DNA from: a virus | DNA: 64,000 bases | IMG/VR virus record: IMGVR_UViG_3300042402_002055 | Location: 54,407 to 118,406 of that record | Reading direction: 5' to 3' (one strand) | Shown: piece by piece, positions 41,112 to 51,417 of the stretch | How the letters are laid out: every line of letters starts with the position of its first letter | Numbering within the stretch: position 1 is the stretch's first letter | Position numbers and translations under genes: made by a program | The notes under the pieces: generated by a model | Seen by the model: the letters and a program-made list of their open reading frames with translations, nothing else | Databases searched by the model: none | What the model was told of the DNA's origin: nothing

Positions 41112-43430
41112 ATGAAACACTTATTAGTTACATTATTTTTACTTATATCATTTTTAGGGTTCGGACAGAGTGTATCTGCTCCGGACTCTAAATCATTTAT
41201 ACCATCTACAAATGGACAAGATGCAAGTGGATTTGTATTGAGTGGGTTTGGTGCAACATCTACTTTACTTGCTTCAATCAGTTTAGTTAATCCACCAACC
41301 GGTACAACATTTGTATTAAACACAACAACAGGCCTAACCGCAGCAAGTGGATTTACTTTAAGTGGTAATAAGACTCGTTTAGTAGTAACGGGAACAATGG
41401 TAGATATTAACACCGCATTGGCATCACTTAAAGTAAACACAGGTTCTATAAAAGGAAATGTTTTATTATCTGTGGCAGCAACAATCAATCCAACGGGATA
41501 TTTCTACAATGGTGTAAACGGACATTTTTATAGACCAATATCAACCGGAGCAACTTATACAAACGCAAGAATTTTATCCGAAGCAACAACATTCAAAGGA
41601 CAAAAAGGATATTTAGTAACAATCACTTCCGCAGATGAAGATTTGTTTATTTTTAATAATGTTCCACAAAGTAGTATTTGGTTTGCACTAACGGATGAAG
41701 AAACGGAAGGTCAATGGAAAATTGATGCCGGTCCTGAAAAAGGAACTCTAATCAAAACATCAAACGGGCAAACTGAAGGAAACATACAAGGACAATACAA
41801 TAACTGGGCAGGTGGTGAACCAAACAATAGTGGTAACGAAGATTATGCAGTAACTAAATGGGGTGGTGGTTCTCAATGGAATGATTTACCAAATGGGTTT
41901 AGTTGTGCTTATGTAATTGAATTTGGAACTTGGACTAATCCAGATGATGCAACATTTACAGAGTTTTATACTAATTCAGTAACTCACTCAAACGGAGAAG
42001 TCCTAACTGCACGATTCAATTTTGACTTTGGTAGTAATGTGGATGAAACTAAATTTTCAGCAAAAGCAAACACATATAAAAATAATATATGGGATGTAAC
42101 AACCAACGCATCAAGAACATTAAGTGGATTAGGTAAAGCAGATATTACAAATGATTTAGATACTACCAAATACCCAACAGGAACTAAATATGTAAACTTA
42201 ACACCTGGTGAAATTGAATTTTGTGTTATATACGAATACGATGTAACCAATAAAAGATATAGAGTTGGTTTAGATAGTAGATTATGGGAATACACACAAA
42301 ACGCTCCGGTATGGAATGATGTAAAAAACTTAAAACTTTTTGATTTATACAACGGACCAGTAATACCAAATTCAACTGGAAGTGGTGATGTTTGGTGGAA
42401 TGAATATTACATTTATACTGATACTCAATTTAATTATGCAAATTCAACATATCAATCAAATTTAAGAAATGGTGGTGGTTATTATGCATTAAAATTGGCA
42501 TCAACTTTTACATTTGGTGATAATACATCATTGGTACAACATGGTATTGATGTGATACCAAACTCACAAACGGAATTAAACACTTTGTATAGTAGTATTG
42601 TTAGTGTAGCTGATGTGTATTTGGCATTTAAGGAATTGTCAAATGGTGGGTTGTTTGGTAATGAAACTGGTAATGAGTTTGGATATGGTATTCAATATAT
42701 GAACGCCGATGTAAATGGTGATGGTTTATTTAATGAAGCAGATACATATAAATTACTGCAACATTTAACGGGTGTAGAATCACTTACACAATATTCAACA
42801 TTAACATATTTGATGAAACTATATGGTAAATCGGAATATGATGGTATTACAAAATCAAATTGGAATACACAATTCAATTCAACGAGAAGTTTATACCCAT
42901 TCAGTTTAAATACCGGAACACTTAATAACACATATAATGTTAGTGTAAGTTGGAGAGGTGATGTAAATCTTTCACATTCAGCAATACCTGTGGTTAATAC
43001 AACCGCAAGCAATTCGGTTAGAAGTAGTATGAGTGTTAAAACAATGAGTTCACCAATATCAAACGAAATCAACGCATCAATCATAACTGAAATAATAGGT
43101 GATAGTGTTTATGCATATATTACAATAGACCCACTACAACAAGAATTAGTAGGAACTCAATTACATTTAAATTATGATAATAGTTTGTTAAAGTTTGGTA
43201 GTGTATCTTATAAAACAATAGGTTCACCAACCAATTACGGAACGGACAAAAGTGATTATGTGAATTTTGGTTCATTGATTACCGATGGTGGTGTTTTGAA
43301 TAACACAACGGAATATAAAATTACATTTACAACTAAAACAAAATTGGATAATATATTGGGATTGGTTTCGGTTGGATTTATGGATGCAGTTAACAAAAGT
43401 GGGAAAACATTAAAAATAATAATGAAATAA
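41112..43430 (+). CDS. secreted C-type lectin + dockerin-like + cohesin-like protein
   Basis: signal peptide; GYLVTITS..E, NWAGGEPNN, WNDL; ADVNGDG; GTQLHLNYDNSLL. Confidence 0.75.
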   Translation: MKHLLVTLFLLISFLGFGQSVSAPDSKSFIPSTNGQDASGFVLSGFGATSTLLASISLVNPPTGTTFVLNTTTGLTAASGFTLSGNKTRLVVTGTMVDINTALASLKVNTGSIKGNVLLSVAATINPTGYFYNGVNGHFYRPISTGATYTNARILSEATTFKGQKGYLVTITSADEDLFIFNNVPQSSIWFALTDEETEGQWKIDAGPEKGTLIKTSNGQTEGNIQGQYNNWAGGEPNNSGNEDYAVTKWGGGSQWNDLPNGFSCAYVIEFGTWTNPDDATFTEFYTNSVTHSNGEVLTARFNFDFGSNVDETKFSAKANTYKNNIWDVTTNASRTLSGLGKADITNDLDTTKYPTGTKYVNLTPGEIEFCVIYEYDVTNKRYRVGLDSRLWEYTQNAPVWNDVKNLKLFDLYNGPVIPNSTGSGDVWWNEYYIYTDTQFNYANSTYQSNLRNGGGYYALKLASTFTFGDNTSLVQHGIDVIPNSQTELNTLYSSIVSVADVYLAFKELSNGGLFGNETGNEFGYGIQYMNADVNGDGLFNEADTYKLLQHLTGVESLTQYSTLTYLMKLYGKSEYDGITKSNWNTQFNSTRSLYPFSLNTGTLNNTYNVSVSWRGDVNLSHSAIPVVNTTASNSVRSSMSVKTMSSPISNEINASIITEIIGDSVYAYITIDPLQQELVGTQLHLNYDNSLLKFGSVSYKTIGSPTNYGTDKSDYVNFGSLITDGGVLNNTTEYKITFTTKTKLDNILGLVSVGFMDAVNKSGKTLKIIMK

Positions 43431-43443
43431 AAAACTAAAAATT

Positions 43444-43740
43444 ATGAATGTATCGTTTGATTATAATGAAATGAAGAATTTTATATCACACACAGGTAAA
43501 TATAAAATTGTAAATGTTAAGTGTTTTATTCAAGTTCCTAGTAGTTGGTATAATCAATTTAGAAGAGAAGAAGAAGAAGTAGAGATGGAAGTGGCTTACC
43601 TAATAGATGATATTGAGACTGAAAAATGGATATTTGACGAAAGATATAGAAAAAGAAAAGACGAACTTATGAGATGGAGTATCGAATCAGTTTTTTACAG
43701 AGAATTCAAAAGTAAAATATTAGATTTATTATATAAATGA
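43444..43740 (+). CDS. hypothetical protein
   Basis: cytoplasmic-looking ORF within the cassette. Confidence 0.55.
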   Translation: MNVSFDYNEMKNFISHTGKYKIVNVKCFIQVPSSWYNQFRREEEEVEMEVAYLIDDIETEKWIFDERYRKRKDELMRWSIESVFYREFKSKILDLLYK

Positions 43741-44630
43741 AAAAACTATTATTAATCATATCGTTAGTTTTAATTGGGTTTGTTGCAAACTCACAAATCC
43801 AAAAACCTGATACATTACAACTATCTGCAAAGGAACTATTTGGAGAAAGTGATGATTGGAACGATGTGGGTATATTACAATCATATGTTAATTTTTCAAA
43901 AGATGTACTTTCATCATCAAATCTTTCAATTGGTGTAATTGGTAGACAAGTATCAACTACTCTTAATTTTGGATACCATAAATCATCTTTAAATGGACAA
44001 TGGGGACATTCATTTGCAGCATCAATAAATCCTATATGGAACTATTATGGTGTGGGATATGGACTTAGTAGAAATACAGAAAAAAGAACAACAACAATAC
44101 AAACATTTTATTCTACGGACTTTGATTTCCAAAAAGATATTAACCTATCTTTTATAGATGTTTTTAGAACTAAAAAATGGGGAACATTCGGTTATAGTTT
44201 AACGGCATCAAAATCATTTTGGGGAACTTATCAGGGTGAGTGGGAAGGGAAATACACGGTAGATGAAAATGGTGATTTTAAAGATTTAATATATCCACAA
44301 ATGCCCGCATCATCCGAACTTACTTATAGAGGTATGGTGATGTACACTTACACATTGAAAACAAAGAGGGTAGATATTTCACCGCAAGTATTTGCAATGA
44401 GTGATGTATATAAAGTATTTAAAGATGGAACTGAATCGGATTTAACATATGTAGATGATTTTAATTTGGACTTATATTATGGTGTATCTATGGATTGGAA
44501 AATAACTAAAAGATTTGTATTAAATACCAATATCAGATATAACACAACTTGGGATAAATTAAGTGAATCGGTTGGATATAAAAAGAGTAACCCAATCCTA
44601 TTTATGATAGGAACAAACTTTCAATTTTAA
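43737..44630 (+). CDS. outer-membrane beta-barrel protein
   Basis: signal peptide, alternating amphipathic strands, C-terminal GTNFQF. Confidence 0.7.
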   Translation: MKKLLLIISLVLIGFVANSQIQKPDTLQLSAKELFGESDDWNDVGILQSYVNFSKDVLSSSNLSIGVIGRQVSTTLNFGYHKSSLNGQWGHSFAASINPIWNYYGVGYGLSRNTEKRTTTIQTFYSTDFDFQKDINLSFIDVFRTKKWGTFGYSLTASKSFWGTYQGEWEGKYTVDENGDFKDLIYPQMPASSELTYRGMVMYTYTLKTKRVDISPQVFAMSDVYKVFKDGTESDLTYVDDFNLDLYYGVSMDWKITKRFVLNTNIRYNTTWDKLSESVGYKKSNPILFMIGTNFQF

Positions 44631-45001
44631 TGAGTAAAAAAGATTTAATATCATTCATAGTAATTTATTTCTTAACCACATTTGTAATATTATTTAGTGG
44701 TTGTAGAAAAACACAAGTTATGCCTACACCACAACCTGTTATAAACATATTTAGTGTTAAAGAAAGTAGTGTTGAAAACGGACAAGAAATACAATTTGAA
44801 TTAATTAAAAATGGTGTCTATACATTGACTTTGGGTGATAGTGTGAATAACCAAGTTTTGACAAGAGAAAGATTTATCGGACAAATTGGACAAAATAAAA
44901 AGAAAATATACACTAAATCACTTTCAGTTAAATATTTATATCTGTTATTGGAGGATGAGAACAAAAGTAAAGTAGGAAAAACAATAATAATAGTAAAGTA
45001 A
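44630..45001 (+). CDS. lipoprotein, Ig/T9SS-CTD-like
   Basis: lipobox FSGC; G.N...IYT..L..YLYL. Confidence 0.55.
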   Translation: MSKKDLISFIVIYFLTTFVILFSGCRKTQVMPTPQPVINIFSVKESSVENGQEIQFELIKNGVYTLTLGDSVNNQVLTRERFIGQIGQNKKKIYTKSLSVKYLYLLLEDENKSKVGKTIIIVK

Positions 45002-45002
45002 A

Positions 45003-45386
45003 ATGAGAAAAATCGACAAAATTTTAGGATTGGGATTTTTGGTAACCCTTTTGGCATTGAGTTGTAGAAAGATAGACTTACCTGCACCAGTTGCACAAGA
45101 ATTACCAACGGAATTAAAAATATCAAATTCAGTAGGTATTAAATTACAAACCGCATTCGTAACATCAGAAGTTGCAATGAATGTAAAAAGTGATGTAGCA
45201 CAAACTGTGACTATTAGAATATTTGATATTGCAAACAAAGTTGTATCAAAATCTACAAGTGATGTAAATGTGGGTGACAATGTATTAAAAGTATATACAA
45301 ATGCACTACCATCATCTGCTTATAGAATTGGAATATATGATATGAGTGGTAAACAATTAGGAATAACAGATTTTAACAAATTATAA
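45003..45386 (+). CDS. lipoprotein, T9SS-CTD/FlgD-like
   Basis: lipobox ALSC; VTIRIFDIANKVV..GDN..LPSSAY. Confidence 0.6.
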   Translation: MRKIDKILGLGFLVTLLALSCRKIDLPAPVAQELPTELKISNSVGIKLQTAFVTSEVAMNVKSDVAQTVTIRIFDIANKVVSKSTSDVNVGDNVLKVYTNALPSSAYRIGIYDMSGKQLGITDFNKL

Positions 45387-45398
45387 AAACAACAATTT

Positions 45399-45710
45399 AT
45401 GTCAGAAGAAGTAGAAAAATCAGAAACAACCGGTGGTTCAATTAAGAATATACTTATCGGTTTAGTATCAACAATCACATTAGGTGTGGGTGGTTGGTTC
45501 ACAACAAAGTTAACAGGTGGTGACGAAAAAGAAGCTCCAGTTCAACAAGCAGCTCCAGTAATTAACATTACAAATTCTAACCAACAAGCACAATCTGCAG
45601 GTGGAACAACTAAAGTTATCGAAAGAGAAAGAGTAGTTGAAAAAGAAAAACCAGCTCCAAAACCTAAAAAGGAAGCAGACGAGTTCAAAGAGAAACCAGC
45701 AGCTTGGTAA
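45399..45710 (+). CDS. single-TM protein
   Basis: TM segment plus PVINITN. Confidence 0.6.
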   Translation: MSEEVEKSETTGGSIKNILIGLVSTITLGVGGWFTTKLTGGDEKEAPVQQAAPVINITNSNQQAQSAGGTTKVIERERVVEKEKPAPKPKKEADEFKEKPAAW

Positions 45711-45736
45711 TTTAGAAAATTAAAAATTTATATAAA

Positions 45737-46396
45737 ATGGCAGAACAACAACCAAGTGGTTTTAAAGACCTATTGAGTAATATGATGAAACGCAGATGGT
45801 ACATTACTGCGTTAGTATTGGGAGGATTTATGTTTATTATAGGAGGAATGTTCTTTGCTATATTTTCTAAATCAGAAATAGCAGGAGAGTGGAAAGAACT
45901 TCTATTATTGTTATTGGGAGCATTCATTGGTAGTTATGGTAAAATCATTGACTATTGGTTTAGTGATACTGATAAGGACAAAATGTTAGTTCAAAAGATG
46001 GATGAGGAAGATGGTACATCATTAAGCAACACCGCTGATATGCCAGTAACTCCACCAAACAACACTCCATTAATTCCAGATGCATTTGTACAAGCTGCAA
46101 AAAACGCACATGAAATCAATTTAATCGAAGCAAACAAAGTAGATGTAAAATCGGAACCAAATAATCCACAACATATCGAAACCCCTTTCAAACCACAACC
46201 AAGAACAGGCGTAGAGGTAGACGAAGATGGTGATGGTGTAATGGATGGTATTGATTTTGATGGTGATGGTAAGATTGATATGTATTTTGCACATAGACAA
46301 TGTGAACATATTTGGGGTGATGTGGATGGAGATGGTGATGAAGAATGTTTGAAGTGTGGAAAGATTAAAGATGAAGATGCTGAAATGGCAGGATAA
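45737..46396 (+). CDS. two-TM protein with acidic DxDGDG repeats
   Basis: two TM helices; DEDGDG, DFDGDG, DVDGDG; CEH..CLKCG. Confidence 0.65.
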   Translation: MAEQQPSGFKDLLSNMMKRRWYITALVLGGFMFIIGGMFFAIFSKSEIAGEWKELLLLLLGAFIGSYGKIIDYWFSDTDKDKMLVQKMDEEDGTSLSNTADMPVTPPNNTPLIPDAFVQAAKNAHEINLIEANKVDVKSEPNNPQHIETPFKPQPRTGVEVDEDGDGVMDGIDFDGDGKIDMYFAHRQCEHIWGDVDGDGDEECLKCGKIKDEDAEMAG

Positions 46397-46433
46397 ATCG
46401 GTTACATAGTATTAACAATTTAAATTAAAAACT

Positions 46434-46706
46434 ATGGGATTTTTTAGAGAATTATTTAGTGATAGCAACGACATTAATGAGAAATCAGTTGTAGGGTTTG
46501 CATCTTTCGGTTGTATGGTCTTAGCTTTGGTAGTTGACCTTGTAACTGGATATATGGGTAAACCATTATTGATTAACGAATACATCTTTAACGGATTTTT
46601 GGTAATCACTTTGGGTTCATTTGGTATCGCTTCAGTTGATAAGTTTATCAATAAGAAAGCAGAACACGATGCAGCTAAATTGGAAGCCGAATCGGAAGAA
46701 GGATAA
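46434..46706 (+). CDS. two-TM membrane protein (holin-like?)
   Basis: INEKSVVGF..F motif, two TM segments. Confidence 0.55.
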   Translation: MGFFRELFSDSNDINEKSVVGFASFGCMVLALVVDLVTGYMGKPLLINEYIFNGFLVITLGSFGIASVDKFINKKAEHDAAKLEAESEEG

Positions 46707-46713
46707 AATTTAG

Positions 46714-46740
46714 AAAGGGAGTTAAATACTCCCTTTTTTT
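46714..46740 (+). terminator. intrinsic terminator
   Basis: AAAGGGAGT/ACTCCCTTT plus T-tract. Confidence 0.75.
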
Positions 46741-46764
46741 ATATTTATATCAAAACATTTATGT

Positions 46765-47484
46765 ATGAAAAACTTATTGGTATTATTAAGTTTCTTTTTG
46801 TTAAGCAATGTTGCCATTGCCCAAACTGTCGGAGTAACAAAAACAGAACAATTTAAAGCATCGTTTGAAACAAAAATTGATATTAGTCAATTTATGGATT
46901 ATGACGGCCCTCAAATTCCTATTCAAATCCTAAAGGCGGGTATATCGGATGAGATGTATGAAATGTATCCTGAGTTAAAAGAAAAGAGAGTTGGATTGGG
47001 TGTTGCTAATATCTCAATGGAGTATTTGGAAAATCTTAATCGTTTCAAATTCACAGAGGACAAAACGGAAATTAAGAATAGAATGGTTAAACAATTCCAA
47101 GCATCTCAAGCTGGCATTTCCGAAAACAAATTAGATGGTAGAGGAAAGATTAGTTTAGCAGAATACTTTGTAACAATTGAATGTTATGATTACTCAGTTA
47201 GTGAAGATGAGACTATAAACTTAAAAGATGGTATCAAAGATAACATGGTGACAAGAATAGGTTTACAAGTTAGATTTACAAATGCAGAAACAGGAGTAGT
47301 ATTTGGTGCAAGTGGATTAGGAGAAGCAACTACCAATAGACAATTAACACTATTATCGGATGCATCAGTAGACCCAATTAAATTCAATCAGTCAACTATA
47401 TCAATTGCAACTAAGAAGGCATTAGATATCGCTTGTGCAAGAATTTTGGATAGAATGATTAAAAAGGGAATATTTACAAAATAG
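46765..47484 (+). CDS. CsgG/HfaB-family protein
   Basis: signal peptide; GLGVANI..EYL..NRFKF.E, LQVRF.NAETG, G.GEA. Confidence 0.7.
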   Translation: MKNLLVLLSFFLLSNVAIAQTVGVTKTEQFKASFETKIDISQFMDYDGPQIPIQILKAGISDEMYEMYPELKEKRVGLGVANISMEYLENLNRFKFTEDKTEIKNRMVKQFQASQAGISENKLDGRGKISLAEYFVTIECYDYSVSEDETINLKDGIKDNMVTRIGLQVRFTNAETGVVFGASGLGEATTNRQLTLLSDASVDPIKFNQSTISIATKKALDIACARILDRMIKKGIFTK

Positions 47485-47491
47485 AATTATT

Positions 47492-47794
47492 ATGAGAAAG
47501 TTATTGTTAGTATTATTATTAGGATTATTTAGTTGCACACCTGTAAGATATGTGTATGTAGACCAAAAGGACTCAGTTGTAAAAAAACAAAGAGTAGTGT
47601 ATGATAACTTATATGTTCCATCACCATTCTTTTTTAATTATGGATGGGGTGTTCCTTATTACAATCCAATTATTATACAAAGACAAAGACCTATTGTAAT
47701 TCCACGTAGACCAACAGTACAACCAAATAGATGGATTAGGCCTAATACTCCACAAAGAACTTTACCACCGAGAGTACCTAGAGTAAGAAGATAA
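47492..47794 (+). CDS. Pro/Arg-rich lipoprotein
   Basis: lipobox LFSC. Confidence 0.6.
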   Translation: MRKLLLVLLLGLFSCTPVRYVYVDQKDSVVKKQRVVYDNLYVPSPFFFNYGWGVPYYNPIIIQRQRPIVIPRRPTVQPNRWIRPNTPQRTLPPRVPRVRR

Positions 47795-49296
47795 TGAAAA
47801 AATGGATATCAACATTACTAATAATTGTTATATCCCTAACGGCATTTAAAGCCGAAGGACAAACTTATACCCAATCATTTATAGATAAGTGCACCGGTGA
47901 AAGAAAGATTGCAACTACAACAATGATAAATGGTAGTGCAACAGTTTCTTTTTACAATGAGGTAAGAACATTTTCACCAATAGAAGTTCAAACAGGACAA
48001 TTACAAATTTGGATAAACCAAGTCTATCTTAGATATTCAACATTGGCATGTCCTACAAATGTAGTAGTTCAACAAACGGTAACCAATGCAGTAGCACAAA
48101 CGGCATCAAACGCCGCAAGTAGTGCAGCAAGTAATGCAGCATCCGCTGCAGCAAGTACGGCAGCATCTAACGCAGCAAAACCACCTACTATAAATGTACC
48201 ACCTCCACCTCCGGCAGCATCGGCACCTCCACCACCGGCACCAACGGCATCGGCACCACCTCCGGCAAGTAGTAGTTCATCGAATCCTCCACCTGCAAGT
48301 GGTGGTTCTACACAAAGTGGGGGTAGTTCTTCATCATCTTCATCACAAAATTCGGGTAGTTCTTCTTCATCATCTGGAGAGAGTTCATCATCTAGCAGTA
48401 GTTCTTCATCATCATCTGAAACAAAATCGGAGACCAAAACGGAAACAAAGAGTGAATCGAAATCAGAAAGCAAATCCGAAAGTAAAAGTGAAGAAAAGAA
48501 ATCAGAAAGTAAGAGTGAAGAAAAGAAAGAGGAAAAAAAATCTGAAGAGAAGAAGGAGGAAAAGAAAGAGGAAAAAAAGGAAGAAAAGAAAGAAGAAAAG
48601 AAGGAGGAAAAGAAAAAAGAAGAAAAGAAAAAAAGTGGTAACTTAAATCCAATGTTAGTATCATCGGATTACTCGGTTGTAGAAAGTGCAGATAGAAAGT
48701 TTGGTTCTATATTGGGATTGGGTTGGAGTAGAGCAAGTATGGCGGGAGATGAGATGTTCTCTACAAATGCAATGATATGGTCAAATTTGAAACAATTTGC
48801 ATTAGGTGGTGGTTATACTAAAATGGAATTTAATGAGGGTAAATTGGATGCCATACACTCTTACGGTGTAACTGGGGCATACTTAGACGGAAACTATATG
48901 GGTTTATTAGGATATACATGGATTAAACCACATCCTAAATATGGAACATATGGTTATAATGTTGGTATGGTAAACTTATTCTTAAAAAATGCAGACAATA
49001 AATTTGATTATTCTATCATAACATCAGCAGTTGCATTTTGGACTAAACCTTATCAGTATTCAAAGAAACTTACAATATCACCACAGATATTCGTAATGTC
49101 ATCTCCTTTATCTTATAATTCAACAACGGGTGGAACAACGGTAAATAGACATGCAGGATTCTTAATGGGTTCATCTTTTGACTATAAATTGAGTAAAAGA
49201 TTTGGATTTAGTTTTAACTACAAATTTAATGGTTCTACACAACCAGGAACACCACTATTACATATGTTTTTAGTAGGTAGTAGAATGATGTTATAA
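47794..49296 (+). CDS. outer-membrane protein with long low-complexity linker
   Basis: signal peptide, N-domain, A/P/S/KE linker, C-terminal barrel similar to the 43737 protein (ISPQ.F.M, K..KRF..N). Confidence 0.7.
   Translation: MKKWISTLLIIVISLTAFKAEGQTYTQSFIDKCTGERKIATTTMINGSATVSFYNEVRTFSPIEVQTGQLQIWINQVYLRYSTLACPTNVVVQQTVTNAVAQTASNAASSAASNAASAAASTAASNAAKPPTINVPPPPPAASAPPPPAPTASAPPPASSSSSNPPPASGGSTQSGGSSSSSSSQNSGSSSSSSGESSSSSSSSSSSSETKSETKTETKSESKSESKSESKSEEKKSESKSEEKKEEKKSEEKKEEKKEEKKEEKKEEKKEEKKKEEKKKSGNLNPMLVSSDYSVVESADRKFGSILGLGWSRASMAGDEMFSTNAMIWSNLKQFALGGGYTKMEFNEGKLDAIHSYGVTGAYLDGNYMGLLGYTWIKPHPKYGTYGYNVGMVNLFLKNADNKFDYSIITSAVAFWTKPYQYSKKLTISPQIFVMSSPLSYNSTTGGTTVNRHAGFLMGSSFDYKLSKRFGFSFNYKFNGSTQPGTPLLHMFLVGSRMML
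48086..48633 (+). repeat. coding low-complexity repeats (AAS, PPPA, poly-S, SESK, KKEE)
   Basis: visible in DNA and protein. Confidence 0.8.
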
Positions 49297-49332
49297 TTGA
49301 AAAATGTTATATTTATCCTAAAGTAAAATAGG

Positions 49333-49968
49333 ATGAAAAAAGTATTATTGTTAGTTACACTATTGGTTATTAGTGTTACATTATTTGCACAAGATGTTGT
49401 AGTATTGAAACATACAAATTACACATCACACTTCAGTAAATCAAAGAAATATCCAGTAATGGTAGAGTGGTGGGAAACTAAAGCAAAAGTAGGTTGCCCA
49501 ACTCCACTACCTCGTAAAGACAATTTCAAACCAGACCCATTGTTACCAGTTGAAACTAATATTGGAAATGACTATGTTGGTAGTGGTTTGGATAGAGGAC
49601 ATTTGATGCCAGCAAAATCAAATCAATGTCAAACTCAAGCAGTGCAAGATGAGTGTTTCTATTATTCTAATATGGCTGCACAAACACATAGATTGAATGC
49701 AGGAGATTGGAAATCATTGGAAACTTTGACAAGAGAAATTGCAGTTAAACAAGACTCAGTTCATATATGGGCAGGAAATGTTGGTGAGATTAGAAGAATA
49801 GGTAAAGTAGCAGTTCCAAAACAATGTTGGAAAGTTGTTTACACCAAAAAATCAAATGAATGGATGGCTTTCTTATTTGAAAATGACCAATCTAATCCAG
49901 ACGGAATCAATAATAACAAAGTAGACTTATCAGACATAGAAAAATTAACAGGCCTAAAATTTAAATAA
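49333..49968 (+). CDS. secreted DNA/RNA non-specific endonuclease
   Basis: signal peptide; DRGH, SNMAAQ, LNAGDW..LE. Confidence 0.9.
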   Translation: MKKVLLLVTLLVISVTLFAQDVVVLKHTNYTSHFSKSKKYPVMVEWWETKAKVGCPTPLPRKDNFKPDPLLPVETNIGNDYVGSGLDRGHLMPAKSNQCQTQAVQDECFYYSNMAAQTHRLNAGDWKSLETLTREIAVKQDSVHIWAGNVGEIRRIGKVAVPKQCWKVVYTKKSNEWMAFLFENDQSNPDGINNNKVDLSDIEKLTGLKFK

Positions 49969-49970
49969 AG

Positions 49971-50411
49971 ATGTTCGTACCAAACCACTTACACCTATTA
50001 GTAAAAGGATATATTAAAACTCCACCAAAAACAGAAAAAGTGTTAAACATATGGTTTACACAGTTAGTACAAAATGTAGGAATGAAAGTGGTTGCAGGGC
50101 CCACATCGGTATATGTCAATGAACCTGGAAATGAAGGATTGACCGGTACTGTTACACTTGCAACATCACATGCATCAATTCATATTTGGGATAACATAAA
50201 TCCTGCTATGTTTCAATTTGACTTATATAGTTGTTCAAACTTTACACCACAACAGGTTTTAAACCACATTGACGATTGGTTTGGTTTACAAGAAGCACAT
50301 TGGCAATTCATTGATAGAAATGGTATTGAGTTTTACACATTAGATAGTGGAAATTTCAAAAAAGGATTGAGTTCTAAATTTGTAGATGTATTTAAAAAGA
50401 AAAAATTCTAA
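49971..50411 (+). CDS. speD: S-adenosylmethionine decarboxylase-like
   Basis: GLTG..LATSHASIHIW, FDLYSC. Confidence 0.8.
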   Translation: MFVPNHLHLLVKGYIKTPPKTEKVLNIWFTQLVQNVGMKVVAGPTSVYVNEPGNEGLTGTVTLATSHASIHIWDNINPAMFQFDLYSCSNFTPQQVLNHIDDWFGLQEAHWQFIDRNGIEFYTLDSGNFKKGLSSKFVDVFKKKKF

Positions 50412-51070
50412 TGAGTTATTTGGTTGCCAATATACCACCAATTGAAGTTTTAGTAGATAAGAAATTTTTATACGATTTTCAAAAAGATTACAAGGGTAAT
50501 TATTTGGGTGATGGTGAGTGGGAAAAAGGACATTGGGTAAGTGTTAAATCAATTGCAAATCGTGCATTACTATTTGAAACTTATATTGATACATTTGGAG
50601 CAGTATATGACAAACTACCTATACATGCATTCCGTTGGAGACCATTAGAAACGACAGATAAGACCTTTCCTTTGGACTTCTTACAACTTTGGGATTGTCT
50701 ATCATACAATATATCAGTCATAGAAAAGAGGGTATTAAGGGGTGTTAAGACCTATACTACAATGAAAGACCAAACGGTTGTTGAGGGTGATTATCTTTTT
50801 ACAATTGATACGGCTCATTCTGACCCAAATGAAATAGATTGTGGATGGAGTGAAACACCAAACGAACATAAATGTTATAATATATCTAAATTGGAAAATG
50901 GACAAATATGTGCACAACCAAATAATAGAACTAGATTTTACCAACCAAGTAGAACCAATGATATTACACAATCACCTTATTTTAGATATTCTACAAAAAT
51001 ATGGTCATGTGAAGATTTTGGAAAGTGGAGACCATCCGATACAAATTGGGACTATACGGAAACTAAATAA
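50411..51070 (+). CDS. conserved hypothetical phage protein
   Basis: YLVANIPP, LQLWDC, YLFTID, QPNNR. Confidence 0.7.
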   Translation: MSYLVANIPPIEVLVDKKFLYDFQKDYKGNYLGDGEWEKGHWVSVKSIANRALLFETYIDTFGAVYDKLPIHAFRWRPLETTDKTFPLDFLQLWDCLSYNISVIEKRVLRGVKTYTTMKDQTVVEGDYLFTIDTAHSDPNEIDCGWSETPNEHKCYNISKLENGQICAQPNNRTRFYQPSRTNDITQSPYFRYSTKIWSCEDFGKWRPSDTNWDYTETK

Positions 51071-51078
51071 TATTTAAT

Positions 51079-51408
51079 ATGGGAAATTTAACTAAAAAAT
51101 ATTATATGGATGTAATTCAATATTACAGGCCTGATTATAGAGAAAGAATTTTAAATGGTGAATATCCAATGCATCTTGTAAAAGGTAATGGATATGAAAT
51201 ACAATGGGTTAATGAATCGGAAATAACGGAGTATTCAATATTTAATTGTCCTGATGAACATTTTTTTGAAAGAAAAAGTGGTCAATACTTTGGATGGCCT
51301 ATTACTTGGCACCCAAATGTTTCACATAATATACCTACAAAACCAGATTATGGTAGACCAAAAGAAGTGGAATCACCTATTCCTGATTGGTCAAATTGGA
51401 AAGGTTAA
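51079..51408 (+). CDS. hypothetical protein
   Basis: packed ORF. Confidence 0.55.
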   Translation: MGNLTKKYYMDVIQYYRPDYRERILNGEYPMHLVKGNGYEIQWVNESEITEYSIFNCPDEHFFERKSGQYFGWPITWHPNVSHNIPTKPDYGRPKEVESPIPDWSNWKG

Positions 51409-51417
51409 TAATAAAAA

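Noticed and set aside
48194-48646. His/Arg/Lys-rich alternative-frame ORF
   Set aside because: By-product of the low-complexity repeats in the 47794 gene
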